Below, in pieces: positions 1 through 11,871 of a DNA stretch of 64,000 bases. Under the pieces are notes generated by a model. The model did not search any database. It saw only the letters and a list, made by a program, of their open reading frames with translations, and was not told the origin of the DNA. Each line of letters starts with the position of its first letter. Position 1 is the first letter of the stretch. The translations under genes were made by a program, and so were the position numbers. Source of the DNA: Acidobacteriota bacterium (GTDB lineage Bacteria > Acidobacteriota > Thermoanaerobaculia > Gp7-AA8); contig JAFATB010000022.1 of NCBI GenBank assembly GCA_019244185.1, forward strand, positions 415,978-479,977. The letters are read 5' to 3'.

Positions 1-2231
1 TCGGCGCCCGCCGCGAGCCCGGCGAGGCGCACCATCAGCAGCGTGCGCGTGGCGCGCGGAATCGGACCGGATTTCACCGCGGCGTCGATGAGCGCGTTCG
101 TGATCTCGCGCATCGTCACGTTGTCGGTCTGCTGCGTGACGCGCGCGCAGCGCGCGGGGTCGAGCAGCGCGGAGATCGTGACGTCGGCGCTGGTCATCGC
201 CGCGCTGATCGGATCGAACGCGGGATCGGTCCTGCGCGGGAAGAGCTCCGTGTTCGCGTCGCCGTGACCGTACGCCGGCGGCGGCAGCAGATCGAGCACG
301 CGCTGCGGCAGCGCGAGGAACGCGGGATCGAGCGTGGTCATGATCGCGCGCAGCGCGTCGCGCTGCTGCGCCGCCGGCACCACTTTGCGCACGACGTCCG
401 GCCACACGCCCTCGGCATCCTTGACCGCGTACGTGTAATAGATGCCGCCGATCGACTTCGCCGCCGCTTCGAGCTGATAGCGGTGATGGAGGTACAGCGG
501 GACGAGCTTCTCTTCGAGCGCGGAGACCGGCTCGCCGACGCTGAGGTTGTTCAGGCCGAACTGATCGAGCGCGATACGCCGCACGTCGATCTCGTGACGC
601 AGCATCGCGATCGGATCGGCGCCGTTGTCCCACACCGCGCCGAGGGGATGCGCGCTGCTCACGGGACGCGAGTGCGGATCGGAGACGAACAGCGGCGTCG
701 CGCGCGCGAGCTTCGTCAGCTCCGCGTCTTCATTCGCGCCCGGCGCGAACTGCGCGTACGCGTACTTGATCGCCGCGATGTCGTATGCCGCCACGCCCGT
801 CGCATACGCCTCGGAGAAATCGAGCTTGCCGTTCGTGATCTTGATGTACGGCGCCGGATAGTCCATCACCGACGCGCGGCCGTATGTCGACGCGGCGAAG
901 TTGTGATCGAGGCCGAGCGTGTGCCCGGTCTCGTGCGCGGAGAGTTGGCGGATGCGCGCGAGCGCCATCATCGACGGGCTGGTCGTCGGATCCATGTCGT
1001 CGAACGTGGCCGCCATTCCGCGCGCGATCATCGCGTCCTGCCGGATGCGCAGCGACCCGAGGAGCACGTTGCCTTTGATGATCTCGCCGGTGCGCGGATC
1101 GACCACGCTCGCGCCGTACGACCAGCCGCGCGTGGAGCGATGCACCCAGTTGATGATGTTGTAGCGGATGTCGAGCGGGTCGGCGTCGGGCGGGAGCACC
1201 TTCACCTGAAAGGCGTTGTGGAAGCCGGCCGCTTCGAACGCGGCATTCCACCACGACGCGCCTTCCAGCAGCGCGCTGCGGATCGGCTCGGGCACGCCGT
1301 TGTCGACGTAGTAGACGATCGGCTGCACGGGATCGGAGACCGCGGCGTTCGGGTCTTTCTTGATGAGGCGGTGGCGCGCGATCCAGTGCTTCGAGATCGA
1401 CGTCGTGAACGGCGACGCGTAGTCGTAGAAGTCGATGCCGAAGATGCCGACGCGCGGGTCGGCGCGCCGCGGCGTGAAGCCCGGCTCCGGCAGCGCGACC
1501 AGCGAGTGATGTTCGCGCACCGTCAGCGCCTCGGCCGTCGGTGTCACGCCGCGCACGAGCTCTCCCGGATCGCTCGACGCAAACGTGAGCGTCGCCTCGA
1601 CTTCCGTGTTGCGCGGGAACGCCTTCGTGCGCGGCAAATAGATCGCGCTGCGGTTTTTGTCGAGCGAGAACGAGCCCTGCTGCGCGCGCCTCAGCCGCGC
1701 CGCGACGCCGTGCGCGTCGCTGAGGAAAAAGTCGGTGGCGTCGACGAGCACGTGGCCGTTCGGCAGCGTCGACTCGACGGTGAAGCCGGCGAGCACCGAC
1801 TGCGCGAATGACTGCTCGACGCTGCGCTGCTCCGCCGCGTCGTTGCTGAGCGCGCGGAAGCCGTAGTTCGGCTCCGTCATCAGCACGCGCGGACCGACGC
1901 GGTCGAAGCGGACGATGTGCGTCGCGCCGAGCTGGCTGCGATCGAGTCCGATCGGATTCGAGCCGACGCCGCTCGCGAGCGAGACCTGGTAGAGCAGCTC
2001 CTCGCCGAGGCGCGGGATCTCCATCAGCAGGCGGCCTTTCGGCGCGTCCCAGTACAGCGGGATGAAGCCGTCGAACTTCTCGAAGCCGGCGACGGGATCC
2101 GCCGGCGTTTGCGATGGCTGCGGCTGTTGTTGTTGCGACGACGTCGTGGTGGCAGCCGGCGTCGCTTGCGGTGCCGGCTTCGCGACGGTGCAGGCGGTGA
2201 GGGCGAGGGCGACGATCAGTGCGCGGCGCAT
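1..2231 (-). CDS. Zinc-dependent metalloprotease lipoprotein (DUF5117/DUF4953-type); runs off the left edge
   Basis: Not in the ORF track (no stop in window). Hand translation from ATG 2231 gives [14 protein letters not shown] (lipobox), [17 protein letters not shown], metzincin motif [11 protein letters not shown] and SVMDY. Confidence 0.9.
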   Translation of the reverse strand, partial: MRRALIVALALTACTVAKPAPQATPAATTTSSQQQQPQPSQTPADPVAGFEKFDGFIPLYWDAPKGRLLMEIPRLGEELLYQVSLASGVGSNPIGLDRSQLGATHIVRFDRVGPRVLMTEPNYGFRALSNDAAEQRSVEQSFAQSVLAGFTVESTLPNGHVLVDATDFFLSDAHGVAARLRRAQQGSFSLDKNRSAIYLPRTKAFPRNTEVEATLTFASSDPGELVRGVTPTAEALTVREHHSLVALPEPGFTPRRADPRVGIFGIDFYDYASPFTTSISKHWIARHRLIKKDPNAAVSDPVQPIVYYVDNGVPEPIRSALLEGASWWNAAFEAAGFHNAFQVKVLPPDADPLDIRYNIINWVHRSTRGWSYGASVVDPRTGEIIKGNVLLGSLRIRQDAMIARGMAATFDDMDPTTSPSMMALARIRQLSAHETGHTLGLDHNFAASTYGRASVMDYPAPYIKITNGKLDFSEAYATGVAAYDIAAIKYAYAQFAPGANEDAELTKLARATPLFVSDPHSRPVSSAHPLGAVWDNGADPIAMLRHEIDVRRIALDQFGLNNLSVGEPVSALEEKLVPLYLHHRYQLEAAAKSIGGIYYTYAVKDAEGVWPDVVRKVVPAAQQRDALRAIMTTLDPAFLALPQRVLDLLPPPAYGHGDANTELFPRRTDPAFDPISAAMTSADVTISALLDPARCARVTQQTDNVTMREITNALIDAAVKSGPIPRATRTLLMVRLAGLAAGA

Positions 2232-2268
2232 GGCGCCGCGCAGTCTATCGCTCGATCGAAACGATGCG

Positions 2269-4038
2269 CTACTCGCCCAACGCCGCGTACTTCACGATCC
2301 GGAACCGCGCGCCCTGCGCGTCGCGCACGCGCGCGGCGAGCTTCTCGTGCAGCTCGGGCGTCCACTGCGTCCAGCGCGCGTAGAACGCGGCCGCGGCGGC
2401 CTTGTCGCCGTTCGCCTGCAGCGCGAGCACCTCGTGCAGCAGCGAGGTCACGGCGTCCGCGTAACGGTCGTAGTGAATCGTGAGCCGCGCGGTTTTCGGA
2501 TCGGCGGTGAGCAGCCCTTTGTCGAGGAACCAGTTGAACTGCACGAGCTCCATGAACTGGTAAGGCTGATCGGCGCGCGGCCGAATGTTGAGCAGCACGC
2601 GGCGGATGCCGGCCGCCTGGATCGCGCGCAGGTCGGGGACGTTCATCCGCTGCAGCGCATACAGCGACACGAGATCCGCTTTCATCTCCTCGGTCGCGTC
2701 GGAGAACTCCTCGAGCGCGGCGTCGATCGTGCGGCCGGACTTGTCTCGATCCGGCCCGAGGTAGTGACCGATCTCGTGCCAGAGCGTGCGCTGCGCGTCG
2801 CCGTTGGGGCCGAGGTCGTTCGCGTTCGCGTCGACGACGGCGGCGCGGAAGATGCGCTGGCTCGCGGCGACGATCGACGGATTCGTGAGGATGTTCCGGC
2901 GCAAGAGGATGATGCGGCCGTAGCGGCGCGACATCAGCGGATCGTTCGGCAGGTTCGTGGCGCTGTTCGTGCCGCGCGCCTGGCCGAAGTCGGCGATGAC
3001 GTCGTAGACGCCGACCGGGATGTCCTCGCGCACGCGCTTGTGCTGCTCGTACGGCAGCGCGTCTTCGATGGCCTGGATGCCGCCGAGCTGGCGCCGCACT
3101 TCGCCGGTCGCTTTCTCGTCTTCGAGGAGAAGGCTGAACGAGTGGAACGCCTTCACGCCGTACAGCGCGTCGTCGTACGTCTCGTAGCTGCCGATCTGCG
3201 CGTTGAGATGCTTGAAGCGGCCGGTGATCCACGACGCGTCGCCCGATTCGTAGTCGTTCGTGATGAGGTCGCGGGCGCGGTTGCGGAGGTAGCGCGCGAA
3301 CTCCGCGTCGCTCGGCTCGAGCGTGCTCGCCGCGCGCGTGAGCAGGCGAAACGCGCTGACGAGATCGTCCGCGTACGCGATCGCATACGGCACCGCGTAG
3401 AACGTCGTGCCGTCGGCCGTGTACTGCATCGGCTTCCACTTCGCGAGCAGCATCGGATGCAGCTCGCGCAGCACGGCGAACGTGTTGAGCACCTGGATGT
3501 CGCGGTCGAGATTCGACTTCGTCGCGCGGCGGACGAGCGTGCGCGGGTCGAGCAGCTCGTCGCGCTGATCCGGATGCGCCGCGAGGTACTTGTCGAGCTC
3601 CTCGCGCGTGACGTCGGTAGGGTAGACGTTGCGTCCCGGCGCCTGCGCCGCGACGGGGAGGAACGGCTCGCGTTTGTTGTCGAGCGTCTGCGCGATGGGA
3701 CCCTGATTGAGGCGATAGAGCTGCAGCAGATTGTCCGCCTGCTTCGAGCCGCCGGTCTCGGAGTAGAGCTTGCGCAGCTCCTGATACGCGGGCAGCGCGT
3801 CGGGATGGCGCGAGACCTCGTAGAGCTTCTGCATGATCGCGCCGGCGGCGAGGAGATCCTTCAGCGCGGCGCGTTCGGGATCGGTGAGGCGGGAGAGGTC
3901 GGCGTCGAGACGGATGGTCTCCGTCTTCGCCAGCACGGCGTTCGACTGCGCCTCCGTCCAGTAGCCGTCGGGAAGCGATTTCTGCTGCGCGGATGCGGTG
4001 ACCGACACGGCGAGCGTGATCGCAAAAAGCGTTCTCAT
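2269..4038 (-). CDS. Secreted M49-family (dipeptidyl-peptidase III-like) zinc peptidase
   Basis: Signal peptide; [22 protein letters not shown] and EEMKAD motifs. Confidence 0.8.
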   Translation of the reverse strand: MRTLFAITLAVSVTASAQQKSLPDGYWTEAQSNAVLAKTETIRLDADLSRLTDPERAALKDLLAAGAIMQKLYEVSRHPDALPAYQELRKLYSETGGSKQADNLLQLYRLNQGPIAQTLDNKREPFLPVAAQAPGRNVYPTDVTREELDKYLAAHPDQRDELLDPRTLVRRATKSNLDRDIQVLNTFAVLRELHPMLLAKWKPMQYTADGTTFYAVPYAIAYADDLVSAFRLLTRAASTLEPSDAEFARYLRNRARDLITNDYESGDASWITGRFKHLNAQIGSYETYDDALYGVKAFHSFSLLLEDEKATGEVRRQLGGIQAIEDALPYEQHKRVREDIPVGVYDVIADFGQARGTNSATNLPNDPLMSRRYGRIILLRRNILTNPSIVAASQRIFRAAVVDANANDLGPNGDAQRTLWHEIGHYLGPDRDKSGRTIDAALEEFSDATEEMKADLVSLYALQRMNVPDLRAIQAAGIRRVLLNIRPRADQPYQFMELVQFNWFLDKGLLTADPKTARLTIHYDRYADAVTSLLHEVLALQANGDKAAAAAFYARWTQWTPELHEKLAARVRDAQGARFRIVKYAALGE

Positions 4039-4083
4039 GGCGCGGCGGACGTTATCAGATGCGTCGGTGTTCGCGCGCGCGGC

Positions 4084-4605
4084 TCAACGGCTGCCGTAGA
4101 GCGCGACGACGGTCGGTCCGCGATAGCCGGACGTCCGCAGCGGCGAGCCGTCGGCGACCGCGATGCCGACTTCCGTGTAGTCGGCGCCGAGGACGTTGCG
4201 GCGGTGTCCCGGGGAATGCATCCAGCCGTCGACGACGGACGTGCCGCTGTAGCCGGTGGCGAGATTCTCACCGGCGAAGAGATAGCGGTAGCCGTGCTGG
4301 ATGACCCACGAGAACGGATCGATGCCGTCGGGCGACTGATGCGCGAAGTAGCGCTTGGCGAACATGTCGTCGATACGGTCGCGCGCGGCGGCGCAGAGGC
4401 GCTCGTTGAGGCGGAGCGGCGCGAGTCCGCGCGCCGCGCGCTCGCGGTTCATCGCCGCGAGGATGGCCGCGACGGCGGCGGAGGTGGGCGTCGCGACAGG
4501 GCCGTCGGTGTCGAAGGCGACGAGCGAGAGCGGGACACAGCATGCGACGAGGACGGCGACCGCGAGGACGCGCTGCAACGGTTTCGATATGCGTAGCTCG
4601 GACAT
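4084..4605 (-). CDS. CAP/SCP-domain protein
   Basis: NRERAARGLAPL, YFAHQSPDG, GENLA, WMHSPGHRRN, VGIA. Confidence 0.9.
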   Translation of the reverse strand: MSELRISKPLQRVLAVAVLVACCVPLSLVAFDTDGPVATPTSAAVAAILAAMNRERAARGLAPLRLNERLCAAARDRIDDMFAKRYFAHQSPDGIDPFSWVIQHGYRYLFAGENLATGYSGTSVVDGWMHSPGHRRNVLGADYTEVGIAVADGSPLRTSGYRGPTVVALYGSR

Positions 4606-4639
4606 GCCTGGCTCCGGGACGACCTATACTGCGCGCGCG

Positions 4640-5350
4640 ATGTGTCTCATCGCGATCGCGCACCGCGTTTCGGACAGGTTCCCGCTGATTCTCGCCGCGA
4701 ATCGTGACGAGGATCACGCCCGCGCGACGATCGCCGCCGATTTCTGGCCCGACGCGCCCCACGTCCTCGGCGGCCGCGACGCGCTCCTCCGCGGCTCCTG
4801 GCTGGCCGTGACGCCGTCACGATTCGCCGCGGTCACGAATCTGCGCGGGGCGCGCACGCGTTCCCGCTCGCGCGGCGCGCTCGTGCGCGCGTTCGTCATC
4901 GGTGAAGACGAGCCGCGTGCGTACGGCGAGCAAATCGCGTGCGACGCCGCCGACTACGCGGGCTTTCATCTGCTCGCCGGCATCATCGGCGGCGACGTGC
5001 TCTACGCGACGCCGGAGCAGCAGACGCTCCTCGCGCCCGGCATCTACGGCATCAGCAACGCGCCGGCAGGGGAGGCGTGGCCGAAGACCCAGCTCGCCGT
5101 CGACGCGATGCGCGCGGCGATGACGCACGACGACGCGGCGACGATCGCCGACGAGCTGCTCGCGTTTCTCGCCGCGCCGCGACACAGCGGCCGCGTCGAG
5201 AGCGAGGTGTTCATCGCCGGCGATCGCTACGGCACGCGCGCGTCGACGGTGGTCGTCGCGTCGCCGGACGCGGTGTCGTTCGTCGAACAGAACTTCGCGG
5301 CCGGCGGCGCGACGCTGGGCGGGCGGCGCGAGTTCGTGATTCAGCGCTGA
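4640..5350 (+). CDS. NRDE/TANGO2-family protein
   Basis: Starts MCLI; contains NRDE and YGTRASTVV; start reassigned to ATG 4640. Confidence 0.9.
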   Translation: MCLIAIAHRVSDRFPLILAANRDEDHARATIAADFWPDAPHVLGGRDALLRGSWLAVTPSRFAAVTNLRGARTRSRSRGALVRAFVIGEDEPRAYGEQIACDAADYAGFHLLAGIIGGDVLYATPEQQTLLAPGIYGISNAPAGEAWPKTQLAVDAMRAAMTHDDAATIADELLAFLAAPRHSGRVESEVFIAGDRYGTRASTVVVASPDAVSFVEQNFAAGGATLGGRREFVIQR

Positions 5351-5372
5351 CGCGCGGCCGCAATCGTTTCCC

Positions 5373-5420
5373 TTGCATCCTGCGAGGCTTCCGCGTTTAA
5401 TACTGAACCGGATGGTTCAG
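5373..5420 (+). promoter_or_regulatory. Sigma-70-type promoter with ArsR operator over the start codon
   Basis: TTGCAT(5373)-N17-TTTAAT(5396); inverted repeat CTGAACC-ggat-GGTTCAG at 5403-5420 spans ATG 5412. Confidence 0.7.
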
Positions 5421-5777
5421 CTTTCACGAGCCCGCCTGGATGCGTCATTCGCCGCGCTTGCGGATGCGACGCGGCGCGGCGTGCTGGAGCAGCTCGGACG
5501 TTCCGACGCGTCGATCACGACGCTCGCCGAGAAGTTCCACATGACGCTCACGGGCATGAAGAAACACGTGGCCATCCTCGAGCAGGCGGGACTCGTCCGT
5601 ACGGAGAAGGTCGGGCGCGTGCGGACCTGCAAGTTGGGCGCGCGGCGTCTGGAACAAGAGACAGCATGGCTCGACAGCTATCACCAGCTCTGGGCGGCAC
5701 GGTTCGACGAGTTGGACAAGGTGGTCGAGCAACTGAAACGCGAGGAGAAGGTCAATGGACGGAAAAACAGAGAGTGA
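5412..5777 (+). CDS. ArsR/SmtB-family transcriptional regulator
   Basis: FAALADATRR, KHVAILEQAGLV, KVGRVR; followed by an SRPBCC gene. Confidence 0.9.
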   Translation: MVQLSRARLDASFAALADATRRGVLEQLGRSDASITTLAEKFHMTLTGMKKHVAILEQAGLVRTEKVGRVRTCKLGARRLEQETAWLDSYHQLWAARFDELDKVVEQLKREEKVNGRKNRE

Positions 5778-6267
5778 GACCGCGGCGCAGAGCCGGACGA
5801 AGGTGGAACGGAAGTCCGATCGCGAGCTGGTGGTCACGCGAGTCGTCGACGCGCCGGCGCGCATCGTGTACGACGCGTGGACGAAAGCCGAGATCTTCAG
5901 GCAATGGTGGGTACCGAAGTCGTTCGGCCTGACGCTGCTCTCGTGCGAGCTCGATGTCCGCGTCGGCGGCGGTTACCGCTTGGTCTTCCGCCACGGCGAC
6001 TCGGAGATGGCGTTCTTCGGCAGGTACCTCGAAGTGGTGCCGCCTTCGCGCATCGTCTGGACGAACGAAGAAGGCGAAGACGAGGGACCGGTCACGACCG
6101 TGACCTTCGAAGAACAAGGAGGCAAGACGCTGATCGTCCTGCACGAGCTCTATCCCTCGAAGGAGTCCCTCGAGGCCGCCTCGGGTGACAAGAGCGGCAT
6201 GGACGAGACCTTCGCGCAGCTGGACGAGCTCCTCGCCGGCAGCGCGAACTCGGGGGACAGGAGTTGA
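5755..6267 (+). CDS. SRPBCC/AHSA1-family protein
   Basis: RELVVTRVVDAP, VYDAWT, QWW, DVRVGGGY, YLEVVPP. Confidence 0.9.
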   Translation: MDGKTESETAAQSRTKVERKSDRELVVTRVVDAPARIVYDAWTKAEIFRQWWVPKSFGLTLLSCELDVRVGGGYRLVFRHGDSEMAFFGRYLEVVPPSRIVWTNEEGEDEGPVTTVTFEEQGGKTLIVLHELYPSKESLEAASGDKSGMDETFAQLDELLAGSANSGDRS

Positions 6268-6319
6268 ACCTGCGAACGTGAGTTCGCGTGAATCAGCGGA
6301 GCTCCCGTTGGCGTCGTTT

Positions 6320-8027
6320 CTACCCGTGCGCGCGCCCGGACTCTTCCTGGGAGCGCGCCGGCGGTCGTACGAGACTTCGGACCGCCGCGACGAGCTCCGC
6401 TGGTTCGACCGGTTTGCTCATGTGGGTCTGAAAGCCAGCGGCCACTGCTCGCACGCGATCCACACTGCGCGTGTACGCCGTAAGGGCGATCGCCGGGATG
6501 TGAACGGACGGCGGCTCCTGGAGCCGGATCTTCCGAATGAACGAGTAGCCGTCTTCGCCCGCCATCTCGATGTCGCTGATGATGATGTCCGGCCAGCTTC
6601 CGGCCACGATGTTCATCGCCGTCGCGACATTTTCCGCGGCGTCGACGCGTGCGCCCGCACGGGAGAGGATCGTCGCAGCAGCCTCCGCGAATCGTCGTTG
6701 TCCTCGACCACGAGCACGGAGACGCCGGTGAGATCGGCGAACTCCTGCGCGGCATCACGCGCGGCGGACAGCTCGATGTGCTGCACCTCACGCTCACCGG
6801 GACGATCGTGCGCGATGAGCAGCGGCAGCCGCACCACGAACGTTGCGCCGCACCCGATGCCGGGACTGAAGGCCTGCACGGTCCCGCCATGCAATTCCAC
6901 GAGGTGCCGCACAATGCCCAACCCGAGTCCAAGCCGGCATGAGAACGCGTCGAACTGCTGTCCGCCTGGCTGAAACGGTCGAAGACGAACGGGAGAAAGC
7001 TCGGCGCGATTCCTTCACCGGTATCGCTCACCGCCAGCTCACAGTGCGAGTTGACGCGTTCGAGCCGCACCTGCACTTTCCCTCCGCGAGGCGTGAACTT
7101 GACCGCATTAGAGAGCAGGTTCCAGATGACCTGCTGGAGCCGGTCGTGATCGCCGGAGACTTGTCCGGCTTCCGAGTCGAGCATTCGCTCGATGCGAATC
7201 TCCTTCGCATCCGCGGCAGGTCGAACGACATCGATGGCGGCTTCGATGACGTCCGCGAGCTCGATCGACTGGACGTTGATGCGCAGCTTCCCGGCATTGA
7301 TGCGCGAGAAGTCGAGGATGTCCTCGATGAGCCGGCTCTGTGCACGCGCGTTGCGGTCGATCGTCTCCAGCCCTTCGGCGAGTGATGCCGGATCCTGTTC
7401 GAGGTGAAGCAACTGAACCCAGCCGATGATGCTCGTCAACGGCGTTCGCAGCTCGTGTGACACGGTGGCGAGGAACTCGTCACGCGCGCGCGACGCGGTT
7501 TCGGCGACGCCGAGCGCGCGCTGCAGTTCGGCGCGCGTGGCGTCGAGTTTCGCGGCCAGCGAGTTGGCTTGCGCGGCGGCGTGGCGGGCCATCTCCGCTT
7601 CGACGGCTGCGCGAGCTGCCACAGACTCGCTGCGAAACAGCGCTCCGAACAGCGGCAGGATCTCTCGCAGCAACGGCCACGGCAGCGCAGCGACCGTTTC
7701 GCCGACCAGCACGGCCGCGGTGCCGTCAGGCAGTCCCACGGCATAGGCGTGTCGCGGCTGGCCTTGCGCGTCCACGACCGCTCCCTCCGACGAGCCGCTT
7801 TCAATCGCCGCATCGACGAGCCGCCGCCATGCACGCGTGCCGGGGAGCGTCTGGGGAAACCCAGGCGCCGGGAGCGAACAGCCGACCGCCTCATCACGAA
7901 TGAAAATGACGAGATCATCGGCGCCCCAACAATGGGCGAACGCTCTCGCCGCGCGGGTACGGCCGGAACGCTCCGCGAGCGCAACCGCTGCCCTCACCGC
8001 CTCGATGGTTTCATCGAGCACGTCCAC
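6320..8027 (-). pseudogene. Hybrid histidine kinase (HisKA-HATPase-REC) split by two apparent frameshifts
   Basis: SHELRTPL, NLLSNAVKFT, DTGEGI. The G2 box GLGLG breaks at ~6930 and the REC domain at ~6676; adding one base restores each frame. Confidence 0.8.
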
Positions 8028-8029
8028 GG

Positions 8030-9100
8030 TTAGTCCGGCAGCAGCGCCACCGTCGCCGTGCAGTTATGAAATCCGCTGAACTGCCCTCCGACCGTGCGAT
8101 CTGCCCGTACGTGTTGCATCCGGCGTAGGGCACTTTGCCGAGAGCATGCTGGAGCGCGTCCATCTCGATGCCGAACTCGCCGCCCATGCGCAGCCGCATG
8201 GCGACGCAGTCGAAAAAGAGCGCCACCTCGGGCTCCGTGCCCTGCATGTCGCCGAGGGCGGAACGAACAGCACGAGCCGGCGCCTCCGCTGCGGACTTTG
8301 CGGTCGTCTTCATGATGTGCACGGTCGCCCCGGCGGGAACGTCCGAGGCGCAGGAGATGGCGCCGTTCTCGAGCCGCGAGCGGAACGCGAAGTTTGAAAC
8401 CCGAGCCGGTGTCGATGCCGAGCACGTTGTGCAGGAAGAACGGAATCGGGTCGTTCCGGTCGAAGCGCTGCCCGGTCTTCTCCGCATGCTCTTCGAACGC
8501 TTCAGCGGCCGGTGCTGCGTTGAGGCTGACGACCGTCGAGCCGTCTGCTTCGGTGACCCGCAGCGGCTCGCTGGCCGACTCCCAGCCATGGCTCACCCCG
8601 ACGCCAATCGGTTTCGTGGAGAGAATCTCGAGTGCGACGGCAGCGTCCGTGAAGACCGACGTCCCGCAGAAGACGTGCGTCTTCGCGAACTGCGCGTCAT
8701 CGCGTGCACCGCCGCCGAAGAAGCGGTAGTTGCCGAGCGTCGCGACGCTGAGCTGCTCGATGAAGTCGTCCGTGTATCCGGCCAGAGCGTCGGCCAGCAC
8801 CAGGGCGGCGCGATACGGATACTGATGCGTGGTCAGGCCGGGAAACGATCCAGCGATCTCCGCCGCTGCCGCCCGCCGATCCTGTCGCAGATTGCGGCCG
8901 ACTCCTGCCGCGAAGCGCATGACGTCCGAGCGAATCGCAACGGCCGATGCGGAGCCTTCGCCGCGGTCGCCGCTGACGAACTCTCCGGCAGAGGAAGCCG
9001 ATGAGCACGCCAGGCGTGCTCGTCGCATCGATCGCCTGCAGCATCGCCTCATAGTCGTGCCTGGAGGACGCAAAGACGATCACGAGATCGGTGCTTCGCG
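8030..9100 (-). pseudogene. FIST-domain (NosP-like) sensor with several apparent frameshifts; 5' end unclear
   Basis: Pieces in three frames: DLVIVFAS, SSAGEF, LADALAG, FFGGGA, GVSHGW, FDCVA, TYGQI, GFHNCT. Breaks near 9090, 8995, 8373 and 8085. Confidence 0.8.
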
Positions 9101-9192
9101 CGTGCGCAGGATGCGGTGGATTTCCGCAGCGTCGACTTCGACGTAGGCGTCGCGTCTGCTGGCCGCCGGGCGAATCCCGTTGCGCCTACCCG

Positions 9193-9576
9193 TCAGGCAG
9201 CATCCGGCTGCGCGCACTCTTTCGCGATCAGCACGAGTTGATCGATGTCGAAGGGCTTCGCGAGCAGACGGCAGATGCGCTGCAGAAACTCGCAGCTCAT
9301 CCGTCCCGGTGACGCCGTGGTCACGACGACGCGGCGCAAATACTTCGGCTGTGTCTGTTCCAGATACCCCAGCAACTGCTCACCGCCGACGTCCGGTAGC
9401 ATCAGATCGAGGATCAGCAGGTCGTACGCGATCGCATCCAGCAGTTCGATCGCGGCGGCCCCGCTCTTTACGCCTTCGACCGTGAAGTTCTCGCGCTCCA
9501 GGACCACCTTGACGAGATTGAGGATGGCTCCGTCGTCTTCCACGACCAAGGCACGGTAGGATGATCGGCGCTCCAT
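9193..9576 (-). CDS. Single-domain response regulator receiver
   Basis: LVVEDD, LILDLMLP, VTTA, KPF. Confidence 0.9.
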   Translation of the reverse strand: MERRSSYRALVVEDDGAILNLVKVVLERENFTVEGVKSGAAAIELLDAIAYDLLILDLMLPDVGGEQLLGYLEQTQPKYLRRVVVTTASPGRMSCEFLQRICRLLAKPFDIDQLVLIAKECAQPDAA

Positions 9577-9588
9577 GCGTGTGGATGC

Positions 9589-9604
9589 AGCAAGACCGTT
9601 GCCG
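9589..9604 (-). promoter_or_regulatory. Putative sigma-54 (-24/-12) promoter
   Basis: Minus strand CGGCAACGGTCTTGCT (GG-N10-GC); the -12 C lies 14 nt before ATG 9576. Confidence 0.6.
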
Positions 9605-9668
9605 CCGTGCGTCGGAGAGGGTGACCAACATCCAATGAAACGCCGCCCGCCTCGGCGCGTGCAGAGCG

Positions 9669-10025
9669 TCAGCCGCCGGCGGCCGTGCGCAGGACTTCTT
9701 CGATGCGGTCGAGATCGAACGGCTTCTGCAGCACGACGGTGTCGCCGGGAAATCGATCCGTGAAGTAGCGCGCGATCGCGGAAAAGACGATGACCTTCGG
9801 CAATCGGTCGAGGCTCCGGATGGCCTCCGCAACAGCGAAGCCGTTGGCCTTCGGAAGCATCAGGTCCAGCAGCACGACGTCATACGAGCCAGCACGAACC
9901 ATCTCGATCGCAGCTTCACCGTCTCCGGCGACATCGACCGAGCTGCAGTGTTTGCGCAGAACCGCCTGTAGCAATCGCTGAACGCTGTCATCGTCCTCGA
10001 CGATCAGCGCCGCACATTTCGTCAT
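9669..10025 (-). CDS. Single-domain response regulator receiver
   Basis: LIVEDDD, VLLDLMLP, FSA, KPF. Confidence 0.9.
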   Translation of the reverse strand: MTKCAALIVEDDDSVQRLLQAVLRKHCSSVDVAGDGEAAIEMVRAGSYDVVLLDLMLPKANGFAVAEAIRSLDRLPKVIVFSAIARYFTDRFPGDTVVLQKPFDLDRIEEVLRTAAGG

Positions 10026-10173
10026 CCACCCCTCCGCCCGGCGGGGACCCGGACCCGCTGAAGCTGGCGTTCACCATTGCAGGATGCGTGTCACCACGCT
10101 TCGATCTGAGCGGCTCGGTCCTCAGCTACGACTGGCGGCGCGACAAAGTCGCGCCGCCAGTGCGCCGATTGCT

Positions 10174-11010
10174 CTACTCGCTCGCTTTGCCGACTTGCGT
10201 TTCGCGGTCGCTCACCTTGAGGCGGTTGTGCACGTCGTGCACGCCGCCGCACGAATGGGCGATGTCGTCGGCGAGGCGCTTCTCCCAGCGGCTGCCGACG
10301 TGACCGGTGAGCGTGACCTCGCCGTTCTCCACGCTGACTTCGATGTCGGTGGCGTCGATGCCGTCGTGCTCGGTGAGGAGCTCGTTCACGATCTCGCGGA
10401 TGCGCTCGTCGGAGCGGCGCCAGTTCTTCGGTCCGCGTCCGCGATAGCTCTCTCTCGCGGCGCCGCGGTCGCCGCGGTCACCGCCGTAGGCTGCCGCGCT
10501 GCCGCCGAGGCTGTCGTCGCCGTAGGTGCTGCGGGTCTGAGCGGGACCGTAGCCGACGCTGGCGACGCCGCGTCCACGCGAGCCGCTGCCCGCCCAGTCG
10601 CCGGACGCGCCGGTGCCGCCCCAGCGATCGTTCGCGTTGCCGCGGCCGGAATCGCCGCCGCGGTTGTAGTCGTCGCGGTTGGTGTCGTTGCGTGACGTTC
10701 CGCCGCGCGAGAAGAACGCGTCGCGATCGTAGTCGTTGCGTCCGAAATCCTCGCGGCCGGAATCGCCGCGCGTGTCGTAGTTGCCGCGGCCGCCGCCATC
10801 GCCGCGCGTGAACTCGTCGCGCGCGTAGTCATCGCGCGAACCGCCGCCGCTCCAGCCGCCCTCGCGGCCGTAGTCGTCGCGTGAGCCGCCGCCGCTCCAG
10901 CCGCCGTCGCGGGCGTAATCACCGCCGAAGTTGCTGCGCGTGCCGAACGGGCCGCCTGAAAATTCTCCGCGATCGCGCTCGTCACGGTCGCGGTCGTATC
11001 GATTGGGCAT
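10174..11010 (-). CDS. BON-domain protein with long R/G/D/Y low-complexity N-terminus
   Basis: SD AGGAGGAG before ATG 11010; C-terminal [30 protein letters not shown]. Confidence 0.85.
   Translation of the reverse strand: MPNRYDRDRDERDRGEFSGGPFGTRSNFGGDYARDGGWSGGGSRDDYGREGGWSGGGSRDDYARDEFTRGDGGGRGNYDTRGDSGREDFGRNDYDRDAFFSRGGTSRNDTNRDDYNRGGDSGRGNANDRWGGTGASGDWAGSGSRGRGVASVGYGPAQTRSTYGDDSLGGSAAAYGGDRGDRGAARESYRGRGPKNWRRSDERIREIVNELLTEHDGIDATDIEVSVENGEVTLTGHVGSRWEKRLADDIAHSCGGVHDVHNRLKVSDRETQVGKASE
10825..10920. repeat. 45-bp coding tandem repeat (about 2 copies)
   Basis: Units at 10825-10869 and 10870-10914 encode DY(A/G)R(D/E)[10 protein letters not shown]. Confidence 0.8.
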
Positions 11011-11073
11011 AACTCCTCCTTCTGCACGATCTGCTGTGCAATGAGCGTGCATCGATCGCGGTTGCGAAACGGC

Positions 11074-11328
11074 GTGACCGAATGCCGCGCCGGCTGCGGA
11101 GCCTGCTGCACCGCGCCCTCGATCTCGTCGCCGATTCCGGGCATGCCGCACGGCAAACCGGCGGGCGTGCGCTGCATCCACTTGACGGCGGAGCTCCGCT
11201 GCGCGATCTTCGCGCATCCCGAGCGTCCTGCCGTCTGCGCGAGCCTGCAGCCGTCGCGCGAGATGTGCGGGTCGGACGCGCGGGAGGCGTACGCGTATCT
11301 CGCGCGTCTCGAACGCAGCACGCGATGA
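11074..11328 (+). CDS. YkgJ-family cysteine-cluster protein
   Basis: [28 protein letters not shown]; GTG 11074 is the preferred start. Confidence 0.85.
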   Translation: MTECRAGCGACCTAPSISSPIPGMPHGKPAGVRCIHLTAELRCAIFAHPERPAVCASLQPSREMCGSDAREAYAYLARLERSTR

Positions 11329-11861
11329 ACATCCGCCGCGCGACGACCGACGATGCCGCGACGCTCGCCGAGCTCGGGCGGCGGACGTTCATCGACGCCT
11401 TCGGCGCGGACAATCATCCCGACGATCTCGCGCTCTACCTCGCGCGCACGTACGGCGAGCCGCAGCAGCAACGCGAGCTCGCCGATCCCGACATCCTCAC
11501 GCTCGTCGCCGAGCAAGACGGACGCGCGATCGCGTTCGTACAAATGCGCCGCGGAGGCGAGCCGCCGCCGTGCGTCGACGGGCCCGCGCCCGTCGAGATC
11601 GCGCGCTTCTACGTCGACCGCGCGTTTCATGGACGCGGCGTCGCGCAGGCGCTGATGCGCGCCGCCTGCGACGCCGCAATCACGCACCTCGGCGGCGCGA
11701 CGATCTGGCTCGGCGTCTGGGAGCGCAACCCGCGCGCGATCGCGTTCTACGGCAAGTGCGGCTTCGTCGACGTAGGCTCGCACCTGTTTCTCCTCGGCAA
11801 CGACCTGCAGACGGACCGGCTCATGGTGCGCTCCGCGTCGCAGCCGTGGAGTACGATCTGA
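11325..11861 (+). CDS. GNAT N-acetyltransferase (PaiA-like)
   Basis: ATGA overlap with the upstream gene; [23 protein letters not shown]. Confidence 0.9.
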   Translation: MNIRRATTDDAATLAELGRRTFIDAFGADNHPDDLALYLARTYGEPQQQRELADPDILTLVAEQDGRAIAFVQMRRGGEPPPCVDGPAPVEIARFYVDRAFHGRGVAQALMRAACDAAITHLGGATIWLGVWERNPRAIAFYGKCGFVDVGSHLFLLGNDLQTDRLMVRSASQPWSTI

Positions 11862-11871
11862 CGCGACACCG

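Noticed and set aside
6320-9100. Programmed frameshifting in the FIST and kinase genes
   Set aside because: Too many breaks and no slippery heptamers; the pattern fits indel error or decay.
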